A stretch of DNA of 64,000 nt from an uncultured Acidobacteriota bacterium. Lineage in GTDB: Bacteria > Acidobacteriota > JAQAZP01. The stretch is taken from contig CAWIIB010000001.1 in assembly GCA_963836075.1 (NCBI GenBank), positions 1,248,001-1,312,000 of the forward strand. The letters run 5' to 3'. Of the stretch, positions 1 to 9,001 are shown in pieces (position 1 is the first letter of the stretch; the number at the start of each line of letters is the position of its first letter). The position numbers were made by a program, and so were the translations under genes. A model generated the notes under the pieces. It had not been told where the DNA came from and did no database searches. It saw only the letters and a program-made list of their open reading frames with translations.

Positions 1-2
1 CC

Positions 3-590
3 GGCAGCGACAACGCGCTGGCCGAGTTTGCCCCGGAGTTTGCCGCATTGGCCGACACGGTGCGGGTGATCGACGTGCCGGCGGTGACAGAGGGCCGGAC
101 ACTGGAACTGCTGATGAACGGCGACCTGGACGAAGCGGCGGCCATCTTCTCCCGGCCGGGGTTCGACCTGACGGAGCCGGGGGAGGTGGAGGGTGCCGGC
201 ACGGACGACGGCGCGCCCTTCATTGACCGGCTGAACGTGTGGCAGGCGGAGATGGCGGACCGGGTGGCCGCGGAAACGGATTCGGCCCGTTTCGGGATCG
301 AAGCGCTGTGGCACCGTGTCGACCCCGGCGGCGAGGACGAACGAATTGTCCTGCTGGTCCAGTTCAAGGAAGCCGGAGCGCAGCGGGGGGCCTACCAGGA
401 CTGGCTGGACGGCTGGAACCACGGACTACTGGAGCTTTTCCAACAGCGCACCGGCCACCGGCCGGAAAAGATACTGGACGCCCACTTCCTTACTGCGGAC
501 CAGGTCAGGGGTGACGAGGGCCGGGCCACCGGCATCGGGGCCGAAGAGAACCCCGCCAGGCCGCTGGCGCTGCCCGGGCGCCGGAGGTGA
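3..590 (+). CDS. C-terminal part (5' truncated by the window) of a PEP/pyruvate-binding (PEP synthase/PPDK N-terminal-like) protein with a degenerate C-terminal nucleotidyltransferase-like domain
   Basis: Frame open from base 3 (GSDNALAEFAPEFAALADTVRVIDVP...LLMNGDLDEA); WLDGW...RTG...LDAHFLT...ARPL tail resembles this family as recalled. Confidence 0.65.
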   Translation, partial: GSDNALAEFAPEFAALADTVRVIDVPAVTEGRTLELLMNGDLDEAAAIFSRPGFDLTEPGEVEGAGTDDGAPFIDRLNVWQAEMADRVAAETDSARFGIEALWHRVDPGGEDERIVLLVQFKEAGAQRGAYQDWLDGWNHGLLELFQQRTGHRPEKILDAHFLTADQVRGDEGRATGIGAEENPARPLALPGRRR

Positions 591-591
591 G

Positions 592-2286
592 ATGTCCCAC
601 CTGGCCGCCCTGGTGACCGCCGACCTGCGCTCCGCCCGGAACCGCTTCACCCGCGGGGGATGGGGCGAACGTCTGGGGGCAGCCGCCGCCCTGCTGGTGG
701 TGACCCTTTTCTGCTGGGGCTGTCACAGCTTCTTCCGCCGCATCTTCGACGGGATCCTCCAGCTGCGTTCGGTGGAATCGATGCTGCCCACCGAGCTCAC
801 CGGCTCGCTGCAGGCGCTCACCGCCCGGCTGCTGGCCATGACCGCGCTGACCGCCCTCTCCGCGCTCTTCGCCTCCTCGCTGGTCACCGGGCTGGCCGCG
901 GCGGTCCAGTCCCGGGACCTGCCGCTGCTCCTGGCCCAGCCGCTGCCCCGGCTCTCCCTCTACGGCCACCGCCTGCTGCGCAGCACCCTGGCCGCCGGCG
1001 CGCCGATCCTGCTCTTCCTCCTGCCCACGGCCCACGCCCTGGGCAGTTCATGGGGCCACCCCTGGCGGGTGACCCTCACCGCCGCCGCCACCGGCCTGCT
1101 GCTCACCACCGGCACCGCCGCCCTGGGCCTGGCCCTGGTACTGGTGCTGCTACGGGTCTTCCCCGCCGGGAAAACCGCACAGACCATCACCTCCATCTCC
1201 GCCCTCTCCCTGGCGGTGGTCATCGGGGCAGTGCGCGCGGTGCGGCCGGAGCGGCTGTTCAACCCGGCCAGCGGCGAAGACCTGCTTTCGGCACTGCAGA
1301 GCATGGAACTGCCGGCACTGCACTTCTACCCCTCCTCCTGGATGACCGATTGCTGGATGGCGGTGGCCACCGGAGCCGGGGTGCGGCAACCCCTCGGCCA
1401 ACTGGCCCTCTATTGCGCCATTGCCGTCATTCTTGGGGCGACTGCCTTTGTCACACTGCACCGCCACGGCTGGATCCGGGCCCGTGAAGCCCCGGCCCCG
1501 ACCCTGCCCGGCGCCGGCGCGGCCGGCCGGCTGGGCCGCCGGCTCTGTGCGCTGCTCCCCCGGCCGATGGCCGCCGTGGCCCGCCTGGAACTGGCCTCGA
1601 TCACACGAGATGCCGGCCAGTGGACCCAACTGGCTCTGCTGGCCGCGCTCTCCGGGCTCTATCTCTACAACCTGAAAATGATCCCCGGCGACCAGCGGAT
1701 CGTCGGTCCGCTGCTGGCCCTGCTCAACGTGGGGGTGGCCGGCCTGGTGCTCAGCGCGGTGGCCCTGCGCCTGGGCCTCCCCTCGGTCTCCCGTGACGGA
1801 CCCTCCCGCTGGCTTCCCGAGACCTCGCCGCTGAGCGCGTTCCATCGGTTGCTGGCCAAGAGCCTGGTGGTGGGTGGACCGCTGGTGCTGCTGGGCGGCG
1901 GCCTGACCACTGCCGCTGCCCTGCTGGTTCCCGCGCCGCTGGGCCTGAGGAGCCACGCGGTGATAGCGGTGCTGCTGATGGGCCCCACCCTGGCCGCCAT
2001 GGCCGTGGGTGTGGGCGCCCGTTTCCCGCGCTACGACGCGGCCGACGCCTCCCAGGCCACCATCGGCTCCGGCGGGCTGCTGGGGTTCGCTTTGATGCTG
2101 CTCTACACCGGCGTGATGACCGTGCTCTCCGCCCGGCCGGTATTCAGCTGGTATCTGTCCCGGGTGGGCTTTCACACCGGCCCCTCAACCCTGTTCCTGG
2201 TCTCGCTGCTGCTTCAGGCAGCGCTGTCGCTGCTGCTCGGGGCCGGGGCGCTCTGGTGGGGGGCTCGTTTCCTGGAGAAGAGATGA
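592..2286 (+). CDS. Putative ABC transporter (ABC-2 type exporter) permease
   Basis: ATG 592 after GGAGG; many hydrophobic segments; SRDLPLLLAQP and PSVSRDG...P motifs typical of this permease family. Confidence 0.75.
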   Translation: MSHLAALVTADLRSARNRFTRGGWGERLGAAAALLVVTLFCWGCHSFFRRIFDGILQLRSVESMLPTELTGSLQALTARLLAMTALTALSALFASSLVTGLAAAVQSRDLPLLLAQPLPRLSLYGHRLLRSTLAAGAPILLFLLPTAHALGSSWGHPWRVTLTAAATGLLLTTGTAALGLALVLVLLRVFPAGKTAQTITSISALSLAVVIGAVRAVRPERLFNPASGEDLLSALQSMELPALHFYPSSWMTDCWMAVATGAGVRQPLGQLALYCAIAVILGATAFVTLHRHGWIRAREAPAPTLPGAGAAGRLGRRLCALLPRPMAAVARLELASITRDAGQWTQLALLAALSGLYLYNLKMIPGDQRIVGPLLALLNVGVAGLVLSAVALRLGLPSVSRDGPSRWLPETSPLSAFHRLLAKSLVVGGPLVLLGGGLTTAAALLVPAPLGLRSHAVIAVLLMGPTLAAMAVGVGARFPRYDAADASQATIGSGGLLGFALMLLYTGVMTVLSARPVFSWYLSRVGFHTGPSTLFLVSLLLQAALSLLLGAGALWWGARFLEKR

Positions 2287-2291
2287 TTAGC

Positions 2292-2419
2292 GGCGACAGT
2301 CACCTATTTCATGGCCTTGCGGCAGCGAATGCAAAAACTGGTGACTGTCACCCGGGGATATGAGCAGTAAAACTCACAAATAAAATAGGATGGCTTGTTT
2401 AAAATAGGTGGCTGTCACC
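2292..2419. repeat. Three copies of an 18-bp imperfect palindromic REP-like motif
   Basis: GGCGACAGTCACCTATTT (2292-2309); inverted copies AAACTGGTGACTGTCACC (2335-2352) and AAATAGGTGGCTGTCACC (2402-2419). Confidence 0.65.
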
Positions 2420-2510
2420 ACTTTAATATCCCCTGACAGTTTCCGATAAGGGGGGTATGAATCCGAACCAGCCGCTGTGGTATCATATTTTTTTTACATG
2501 AGCATTCCAG

Positions 2511-3563
2511 ATGCGTCAGAAGCAGCGGATCAAGCGCTCCCTGATCAGGGAGCTGGTTGAAGAGAATATCGAGGCCATCGAGCGTCGGCCCCGGGGATCC
2601 CTGCGCCGGCGCCGCCGGTTCAATCGGGCCCGGCTGTTCCACTGGATTCTCAGTGGCGTGGCCGGGATGGCGGTGGGGGCCCTGCTCTTTTTCACGGTCC
2701 TCGACACCGGGGGCCGGCTCTACCGCCAGTGGCTTGGAGGAGACCCGGATCCGGGTCCCGCCGAGACCGACGGCTCGGTTCTCGACACGCTGGGGGAGGC
2801 GGTCCTGCCGGCCGGGTTCACCCGCCCCGAACCGCTGGCGCCCGATGTGATCCCGCTGGCCGTCAACCGGATCGCCATCGACGCCGGACATGGCGGGGAC
2901 GAGGAGGGGACGATCACCGAGTCGGGGCTGATGGAGAAGGAGCTGACCCTCGACATCGCCCACAGGCTCAGACGGCTCCTCGAATCGGCCTCCTATTCGG
3001 TGACCATGATCCGCACCGGGGACGAGGACGTACAGCTGAAGGAAAGGGCCAGGACGGCCAATGAGGCACGGGCGGACATCTATCTCTCGATCCACGTCAA
3101 CTGGATCCGCAACCGCACGGTGCGCGGGGTGGAGACCTACTATCTGGGGCCCACCGACGACCCGCACATTCGGAAGCTGGCCTCTTTGGAGAACCGCGAT
3201 TCCGGATACTCGGTGGCCGATTACCGGCGCCTGCTGGACTCGATTTACGCCGATGCCCGGAGCTTCGAGTCGCGGCGCCTGGCCACCGCGGTCCAGCGTT
3301 CGCTGTTCAGCAGCCTGCGCCGCACCACACCCGAAATCAGTAACCGCGGGGTCAAGTGCGCGCCCTTCGTGGTGCTGGTGGCCACGAATATGCCGGCCAT
3401 CCTGGCCGAGGTCTCCTGCCTGTCCAACGAACATGAGGCCCGGCTGCTGGCCCGGCCCGCCTATCGTCAACAGATCGCCCGAGCTCTTTTCGAGGGGATC
3501 CGAAATTACAGTGCACCGCCGGAAACCGCAGACAGCGGCGGCGGAAAAGGGAAGGAATCATGA
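2511..3563 (+). CDS. N-acetylmuramoyl-L-alanine amidase (Amidase_3) with an N-terminal membrane anchor
   Basis: IAIDAGHGG, EKELTL, SIHVN and LAEV zinc-amidase motifs; Arg-rich N-terminus followed by a hydrophobic helix. Confidence 0.92.
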   Translation: MRQKQRIKRSLIRELVEENIEAIERRPRGSLRRRRRFNRARLFHWILSGVAGMAVGALLFFTVLDTGGRLYRQWLGGDPDPGPAETDGSVLDTLGEAVLPAGFTRPEPLAPDVIPLAVNRIAIDAGHGGDEEGTITESGLMEKELTLDIAHRLRRLLESASYSVTMIRTGDEDVQLKERARTANEARADIYLSIHVNWIRNRTVRGVETYYLGPTDDPHIRKLASLENRDSGYSVADYRRLLDSIYADARSFESRRLATAVQRSLFSSLRRTTPEISNRGVKCAPFVVLVATNMPAILAEVSCLSNEHEARLLARPAYRQQIARALFEGIRNYSAPPETADSGGGKGKES

Positions 3564-4591
3564 GTACAGAGCAAGGTGATCTCTATATCGGTATCGACCT
3601 CGGGACATCGCGCAGCGCCATCGCCACATCCGAAGGCCAGCGTCACGTGGTGGAGAGCTACGTCGGCTGGCCGCTGGACATGGTGGCCCGGAAGGTGATC
3701 AAGCGGGACGTGCTGATCGGCCGGGAAGCGCTGGACAACCGGATGATGCTCGACCTGCACCGGCCGCTGGAACGGGGGCTGCTCAAGGAGGGCTCGGAAA
3801 AGGACCAGGCCGCGGTGCGCCAGCTGATGTCCCACCTGCTGGACCTGGCCGGGGTTCGCGAGATCCGCGAGAAAGGGGCCAAGGTGCGGGCAGTGGTTGG
3901 TGTGCCGGCCGAAGCCCTGCGGGTAAACAAGGAGCACCTGCGTGAAGCGCTCCAGGGCCTGGTGGACGGCCTGATCATCGTTTCCGAGCCGTTCGCCGTT
4001 GCCTACGGCATGGAAGCCCTGCTCCACGCCCTGGTGATCGACGTGGGAGCCGGCACCACCGACTTCTGCATGATGAAAGGCCACTACCCCACTGACGAAG
4101 ACCAGCGGACTCTGCCCAACGCCGGCGACTGGGTGGACGAACAGCTGGCCACCCTGCTGGCCGAACGGAAAGCCGAGGTCAAGGTTTCGATCCACACCGT
4201 GCGGCAGTGGAAGGAAAACTGGAGTTTTGTCGGTGACAACAGCAAACCGCTGAAGGTCAACGTTCCGGTGGGCGGAAAACCGACGGAAATCGACATCACC
4301 GACGAACTGCGCGTGGCCTGCGAAGGGCTGATCGCTCCGGTGTCGGAAACGATGATCGACCTCATTGCCGCCACCGAAACCGAATACCAGGAACGTGTGC
4401 GCCAGAACATCATCCTCGCCGGTGGCAGCTCGGCCATCCGGGGTTTTGCCAAACGCCTGGAGGACGAACTCGCCGACTACGGCGGCGGCAAGATCAAAGT
4501 GGTGGATGACCCAGTCTTTGCCGGGTGTGACGGGGGGCTGGCGCTGGCCATCGATGCACCCGGCGCCGATTGGGAAAAACTGACCAACTGA
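3560..4591 (+). CDS. MamK-like actin-family ATPase
   Basis: Actin phosphate motifs IGIDLGTS and IDVGAGTTD; VSEPFAVAYG, PTDEDQRTL..AG, FSFVG-like WSFVG, QNIILAGG and DPVFAGCDG match MamK segments; ATGA overlap with the amidase stop. Confidence 0.88.
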   Translation: MSTEQGDLYIGIDLGTSRSAIATSEGQRHVVESYVGWPLDMVARKVIKRDVLIGREALDNRMMLDLHRPLERGLLKEGSEKDQAAVRQLMSHLLDLAGVREIREKGAKVRAVVGVPAEALRVNKEHLREALQGLVDGLIIVSEPFAVAYGMEALLHALVIDVGAGTTDFCMMKGHYPTDEDQRTLPNAGDWVDEQLATLLAERKAEVKVSIHTVRQWKENWSFVGDNSKPLKVNVPVGGKPTEIDITDELRVACEGLIAPVSETMIDLIAATETEYQERVRQNIILAGGSSAIRGFAKRLEDELADYGGGKIKVVDDPVFAGCDGGLALAIDAPGADWEKLTN

Positions 4592-4605
4592 AACTCGGGG
4601 AAAAT

Positions 4606-5067
4606 ATGAGTGATGAAATCACAACCGCCGCCTGGGAGGGCATCAACCTCTGCCGGGGCGGCTCCTGGAGCCAGGGAGTAACCCGCCTGACCCGGGTGGC
4701 CCGCGAGAAGCATCCGGACACCAAACTCCCCGGGATCTTTTACTCTTATCTGGGGTATGGCATCGCCCTTTGTGAGCACCGGGTCCGCGAGGGCCTGGTC
4801 CTCTGTGAGCAGGCGGTGAAGACCGGGTTCTACGAGCCGGAGAACTACCTCAATCTCTCGCGGGCTTTCCTGCTGCGCAAGAATCGCCGGGCGGCGGTGA
4901 AGTGGCTGAACAAGGGGCTCAAAGTGGATCCAAATCACGAGGGCCTGATCAGCCTGCAGCAGGACATGGGCGTCCGGAAGCGGCCGATCATCCCCTTCCT
5001 GTCCCGGGACGCCGCCTTCAACATTTTGCTGGGCAAAATGCGGCACAACCTGACCAAACGCCGCTGA
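4606..5067 (+). CDS. TPR-repeat protein
   Basis: YSYLGYGIA...PENYLNLSRAFLL...GLKVDPNH TPR-like helices; C-terminal GVRKRPIIPFLSR motif. Confidence 0.75.
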   Translation: MSDEITTAAWEGINLCRGGSWSQGVTRLTRVAREKHPDTKLPGIFYSYLGYGIALCEHRVREGLVLCEQAVKTGFYEPENYLNLSRAFLLRKNRRAAVKWLNKGLKVDPNHEGLISLQQDMGVRKRPIIPFLSRDAAFNILLGKMRHNLTKRR

Positions 5068-5133
5068 TTCCTGACACCGGAGCGCCCAAGCGAACACCGG
5101 CGCAGCCCGGTCATCCGTTGGAGGACCCGTACC

Positions 5134-6771
5134 GTGAAACCGCAGCTCTCCCTGCTCATCGCCGCCCTGCTGGCGGTTGCCGCCCCTACGGCGCCAACCG
5201 CTGAGGCCTGCACCAACTTCCTGGTCACCAGGGGCGCCTCCGCCGACGGTTCGGTGATGATCACCTACACCTGTGACGGCGAGTTCCACCCCACCATGCG
5301 CTACCTGCCGGCCGAGGACCACGAGGAAGAGTTCGAGGAGCTGACCCACTGGACCGGCGAGGTGGTGGGCAGGATCCGCCAGGTGCCGCACACCTATGCC
5401 GTGGTGCAGCTGATGAACGAACACCAGGTGGCCATGGGCGAGACCACCTGGGACGGCCGGGAGGAACTGCGCAACAAAGAGGGGATGCTGCACTACTGGA
5501 TGCTGATGCGGCTGGCCCTGCAGCGCTCGCGCACCGCCCGGGAAGCCATCGAGGTGATGGCCGCCCTGGTGGACGAGTACGGCTACTCCAGCACCGGCGA
5601 GTCGATGGTCATCGCCGACCCCGACGAGGCCTGGATCATGGAGATCATCGGCCCCGGCCCGGGCGGCAAGGGTGCCATCTGGGTGGCCATGAAGGTGCCC
5701 GACGGCTCGGTCTGCGCCTATGCCAACAAGTCACGGATCGCCGGGTTCCCTCTGGACGACCCCGAAAACTGCCTCTACTCACCCAACGTCATCTCCTTTG
5801 CCGTGGAAAAGGGCTACTACGACCCGCAGAGCGGCGTCCCCTTCAGTTTCCGCGATGCGTACTGCCCGGCCTCGCCGCAGAAGATCGGCTACACCTCCAC
5901 CCGGGTCTGGAGCCTCTACCGCCGCTGCGCCCCCTCGCTGGAGCTCACCGCCGACTACAGCAGGGCCGCGGCCGGTGCCGAGCACTACCCGCTCTGGATC
6001 GAGCCGGATAAAAAACTGAGTGTGGGTGACGTCTTCGACCTGATGCGCGACCACTACGAAGGCACCGAGCTGGACATGACCAGGGGTGTGGACGCCGGCC
6101 CCTTCGGCACACCCAACCGCTGGCGGCCCATGACCTTTACCGTGGACGACGAACTCTACTCCTGGGAGCGACCCATCTCCACCCAGCAGACCGGCTTCTC
6201 CATCGTCACCCAGTCCCGCTCCTGGCTCCCCGACCCGGTGGGCGGCGTGCTGTGGTATGGCGTGGACGACACTGACGGCACCTGCTACGTGCCGATGTAT
6301 TGCGGCATCGACCAGGCCCCCGAGGCCTTTACCCGGGGCAGCTTCACGCACTTCTCCTGGGACTCCGCCTGGTGGATTTTCAACCTGGTGGCCAACTATG
6401 CCAACCTCAAGTATTCCTACATGATCGAGGACATCCGCGCCGTGCAGTCGGCCATCGAGGACGAGTTCCTCGCCCTGCAGCCGGAGCTGGACCGCACCGC
6501 CGCCGCCCTCTACGAGAAGGACCGGCCGCTGATGACCCGCTACCTCACCGATTTCTCGGTAAGCCGCGCCGAGCAGACCGTCACACGGTGGCAGGCCCTG
6601 GCCGAGCACCTTATCACCAAGTACAACGACGGCTACGTGCGGAACGAGAAAGGCCGGCCCGAGGAAGTGGGCTACCCCGAAAGCTGGTTGCGCGAGGTGC
6701 TGAACAGCCGGCCCGAGCAGTTCAAGATGGACAACCGGGGGAAGACGGTGGAGACGGAACTCTGGTCCTAA
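5134..6771 (+). CDS. C69 family dipeptidase (secreted)
   Basis: Signal peptide ending AEA followed by nucleophile CTNFLVT; MNEHQVAMGETT and ERPISTQQTGFS motifs. Confidence 0.9.
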   Translation: MKPQLSLLIAALLAVAAPTAPTAEACTNFLVTRGASADGSVMITYTCDGEFHPTMRYLPAEDHEEEFEELTHWTGEVVGRIRQVPHTYAVVQLMNEHQVAMGETTWDGREELRNKEGMLHYWMLMRLALQRSRTAREAIEVMAALVDEYGYSSTGESMVIADPDEAWIMEIIGPGPGGKGAIWVAMKVPDGSVCAYANKSRIAGFPLDDPENCLYSPNVISFAVEKGYYDPQSGVPFSFRDAYCPASPQKIGYTSTRVWSLYRRCAPSLELTADYSRAAAGAEHYPLWIEPDKKLSVGDVFDLMRDHYEGTELDMTRGVDAGPFGTPNRWRPMTFTVDDELYSWERPISTQQTGFSIVTQSRSWLPDPVGGVLWYGVDDTDGTCYVPMYCGIDQAPEAFTRGSFTHFSWDSAWWIFNLVANYANLKYSYMIEDIRAVQSAIEDEFLALQPELDRTAAALYEKDRPLMTRYLTDFSVSRAEQTVTRWQALAEHLITKYNDGYVRNEKGRPEEVGYPESWLREVLNSRPEQFKMDNRGKTVETELWS

Positions 6772-6794
6772 CCGCCCCTGGACACCGCCTTGAT

Positions 6795-8672
6795 TCAGGG
6801 ACCATACCCTTCCACAGTGCAACTGTCGCTGTCGGTGTAGCCCGCCGGCGGATAGGGCGGCCGGTTGTAGGGATATGGCGTGACGTCCTGGGCTTGCAGG
6901 GTGAAGGTATTCAGCCCCACCAGCGTACCGAGGGCCGGCAGGTTCTGCATCCAGGAACTGGTGAACATCGCCTCCGGACCGATGTTGGTGAAGCCGGCCC
7001 GCCAGGAGGGAAAGACCGTCCCGTTGGCCAGCCGGGCCTCCAGTCGGCCGGCCATGCGGCGGGACTGCCCGTCGTAGTGATTGAGCAGCGAGGCCGTGAT
7101 CAGGGTGCCGAAGGGCAGGGTGCCGGCGGCAGGTTCGCAGGTCAATATACAGCTCACCGTGACCGGGTTCTGGTAGTCGCTGAGCAGAAGATAGCCCTGG
7201 CCCGATTTCGATCCCCCTTCATTGTCTAACGGTGCCCCGATCAGGAAGTCGTCGAAACCGTTGCCGTCCACGTCGCCCGCCCCGGCCACGGCATACCCGG
7301 AATAGCCCCCCCACCGCTCGCCATGGAATGACGCATCGGCGAGAGAGAGACCGGTGTCCATGGCCCAGCCGGCGGCCCGGCCCAGGATCAGGTAGGTCTG
7401 CCCGGCATCGCTGCTCCCCTCGTCGCTGCCGGAAGCCCCGATGAGAAAATCGTCGAACCCGTCACCGTTGACGTCACCGGTTCCGGCCACGGTACCGGCC
7501 CAATCATCTGCAGCTTCCCCGAGAAACGAGGCATCAGCGGCCGAGAGACTGACGTCGGTTTCCCAGCCCGCAGCCCGGCCCCGGACGAGGTATGCCTGCC
7601 CGGCACCATCACCGGCCTCGTCGTTGCCGGAAACACCGATGAGGAAATCGTCGAACCCGTCACCATTGACATCACCGGTTCCGGCCAGGCTTCCACCCGA
7701 TTGATCGGCAGCATGCTCTCCCAGCCAGGAGGCGTCGGCATGGGAGAGGGAGAGGTTAAAACTCCAGCCCGAGGCCCGGCCCAGGATGAGATAGGTCTGG
7801 CCCACATCCGCACTGCCCGGGATATTCCTCCCCCGGGCGCCGACGAGAAAATCGTCGTACCCGTCACCGTTGACGTCCCCGGCCCCGGCCAGGCCAGAGC
7901 CCGAATAGTCGTTCGGCGCTTCGCCGCGAAGCGAGGCATCGGCGGCGGAGAGGGGTGTGTCCATGGCCCAGCCTGTTTCCTTGCCAAAAATGATGTAGGT
8001 CATACCGGCTAAGGAAGGGCCAATGGAACCGATGATGATGTCGTCATATCCGTCACTGTTCACGTCACCGGCCCCGGTGGCGGACAGCCCCGAGCGGTCG
8101 CCGGCATTTTCACCGAGAAACGAGGCATCAACGCTGGAAAGGGGCTTGTCCATCACCCAGCCATCCGGACGGCCCAGGATAAGGTAGGTCTGCCCCGCGC
8201 TGTCGCCGGCTTCATCGTTTTGCTGGACCGCGATGAGAAAATCGTCATACCCGTCGCCGTTCACATCGCCGGCCCCCGCCCGGCGCAGGGATCGGCCCGA
8301 CGAGTCGGCCGGGGCCTCCCCGATAAACGAAGCGTCGGCGCTGCTGATCAGCGTGTCCCTGGCCCAGCCGTCCGGCCTGCCGAGGATGAGGTAGGTCTGC
8401 CCGGCACTGCTGCCGCCCTCGGAATTGCCGTAGCTGCCGATGAGGAAATCGTCATACCCGTCGCCGTTCACGTCACCCACACCGGCCAGTGATTGCCCCA
8501 GATAGTCACCCTGGTCTTCGCCCCAGAAGGAGGCATCGGAGATCCCCAGACTCGTGTCGCTCACCCAGTCGGCCAAGGTGACTGCGGACACAGCCAGGCA
8601 GAGAACCAGTGACAGGCCAAAACCGGTCAGGCGCCTGAGCCGTAGAGATCTGCAAGGTGTGCGAATCATCAT
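6795..8672 (-). CDS. Secreted FG-GAP (integrin alpha beta-propeller) repeat protein with a C-terminal Ig-like domain
   Basis: Repeated GDVNGDGY/FDDFLIG...AGQTYLILGR...ADASFxGE units; RBS CAGGAGGG before ATG 8672; signal peptide. Confidence 0.88.
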   Translation of the reverse strand: MMIRTPCRSLRLRRLTGFGLSLVLCLAVSAVTLADWVSDTSLGISDASFWGEDQGDYLGQSLAGVGDVNGDGYDDFLIGSYGNSEGGSSAGQTYLILGRPDGWARDTLISSADASFIGEAPADSSGRSLRRAGAGDVNGDGYDDFLIAVQQNDEAGDSAGQTYLILGRPDGWVMDKPLSSVDASFLGENAGDRSGLSATGAGDVNSDGYDDIIIGSIGPSLAGMTYIIFGKETGWAMDTPLSAADASLRGEAPNDYSGSGLAGAGDVNGDGYDDFLVGARGRNIPGSADVGQTYLILGRASGWSFNLSLSHADASWLGEHAADQSGGSLAGTGDVNGDGFDDFLIGVSGNDEAGDGAGQAYLVRGRAAGWETDVSLSAADASFLGEAADDWAGTVAGTGDVNGDGFDDFLIGASGSDEGSSDAGQTYLILGRAAGWAMDTGLSLADASFHGERWGGYSGYAVAGAGDVDGNGFDDFLIGAPLDNEGGSKSGQGYLLLSDYQNPVTVSCILTCEPAAGTLPFGTLITASLLNHYDGQSRRMAGRLEARLANGTVFPSWRAGFTNIGPEAMFTSSWMQNLPALGTLVGLNTFTLQAQDVTPYPYNRPPYPPAGYTDSDSCTVEGYGP

Positions 8673-8711
8673 CCATCTCCCTCCTGTCCGACTGCCGGAC
8701 ACTCGATGAGT

Positions 8712-8749
8712 ATTAACTATGTTGTAAGTTAATCCCTGACGGTTGTCAA
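8712..8749 (-). promoter_or_regulatory. Putative promoter (-35 TTGACA) with an overlapping inverted-repeat operator ATTAACT-N8-AGTTAAT
   Basis: TGTCAA at 8744-8749 on the + strand; inverted repeat 8712-8733. Confidence 0.45.
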
Positions 8750-9001
8750 GTTCGGCCAAATCCCGTCACAGGATGAAAGTGACCTCCGGGGCAAACAAGT
8801 GGAGAGGGAGTTGCTGGATTGATCCAAAACACCGGTTATTTCCAGCCCCCCTCGATCACCGCGGCGAGGGTCTGGAAATAGAGATTCAACCGGTGGCCGA
8901 ACCGGCCGGGATCGGACTCCAGGCCATCGAACTCAGCCTTGATCAGGTCCACCAGCAGTTCCCTGGTTGGCACGTTTTCCTTTGCCGCACAGCCCAGGGG
9001 G

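Noticed and set aside
316-591. N-terminal extension of the permease ORF from 316
   Set aside because: It overlaps the upstream gene; the ATG at 592 has a GGAGG RBS.
3560-5067. Magnetosome gene cluster (MamK, with the TPR protein as MamA)
   Set aside because: No mamB/M/E/O/P/Q/I-like genes in 64 kb; the TPR protein is short and has a C-terminal motif not typical of MamA.
7200-8500. Recurring DNA repeats resembling an array
   Set aside because: They are coding FG-GAP repeats, not CRISPR repeats with unique spacers.
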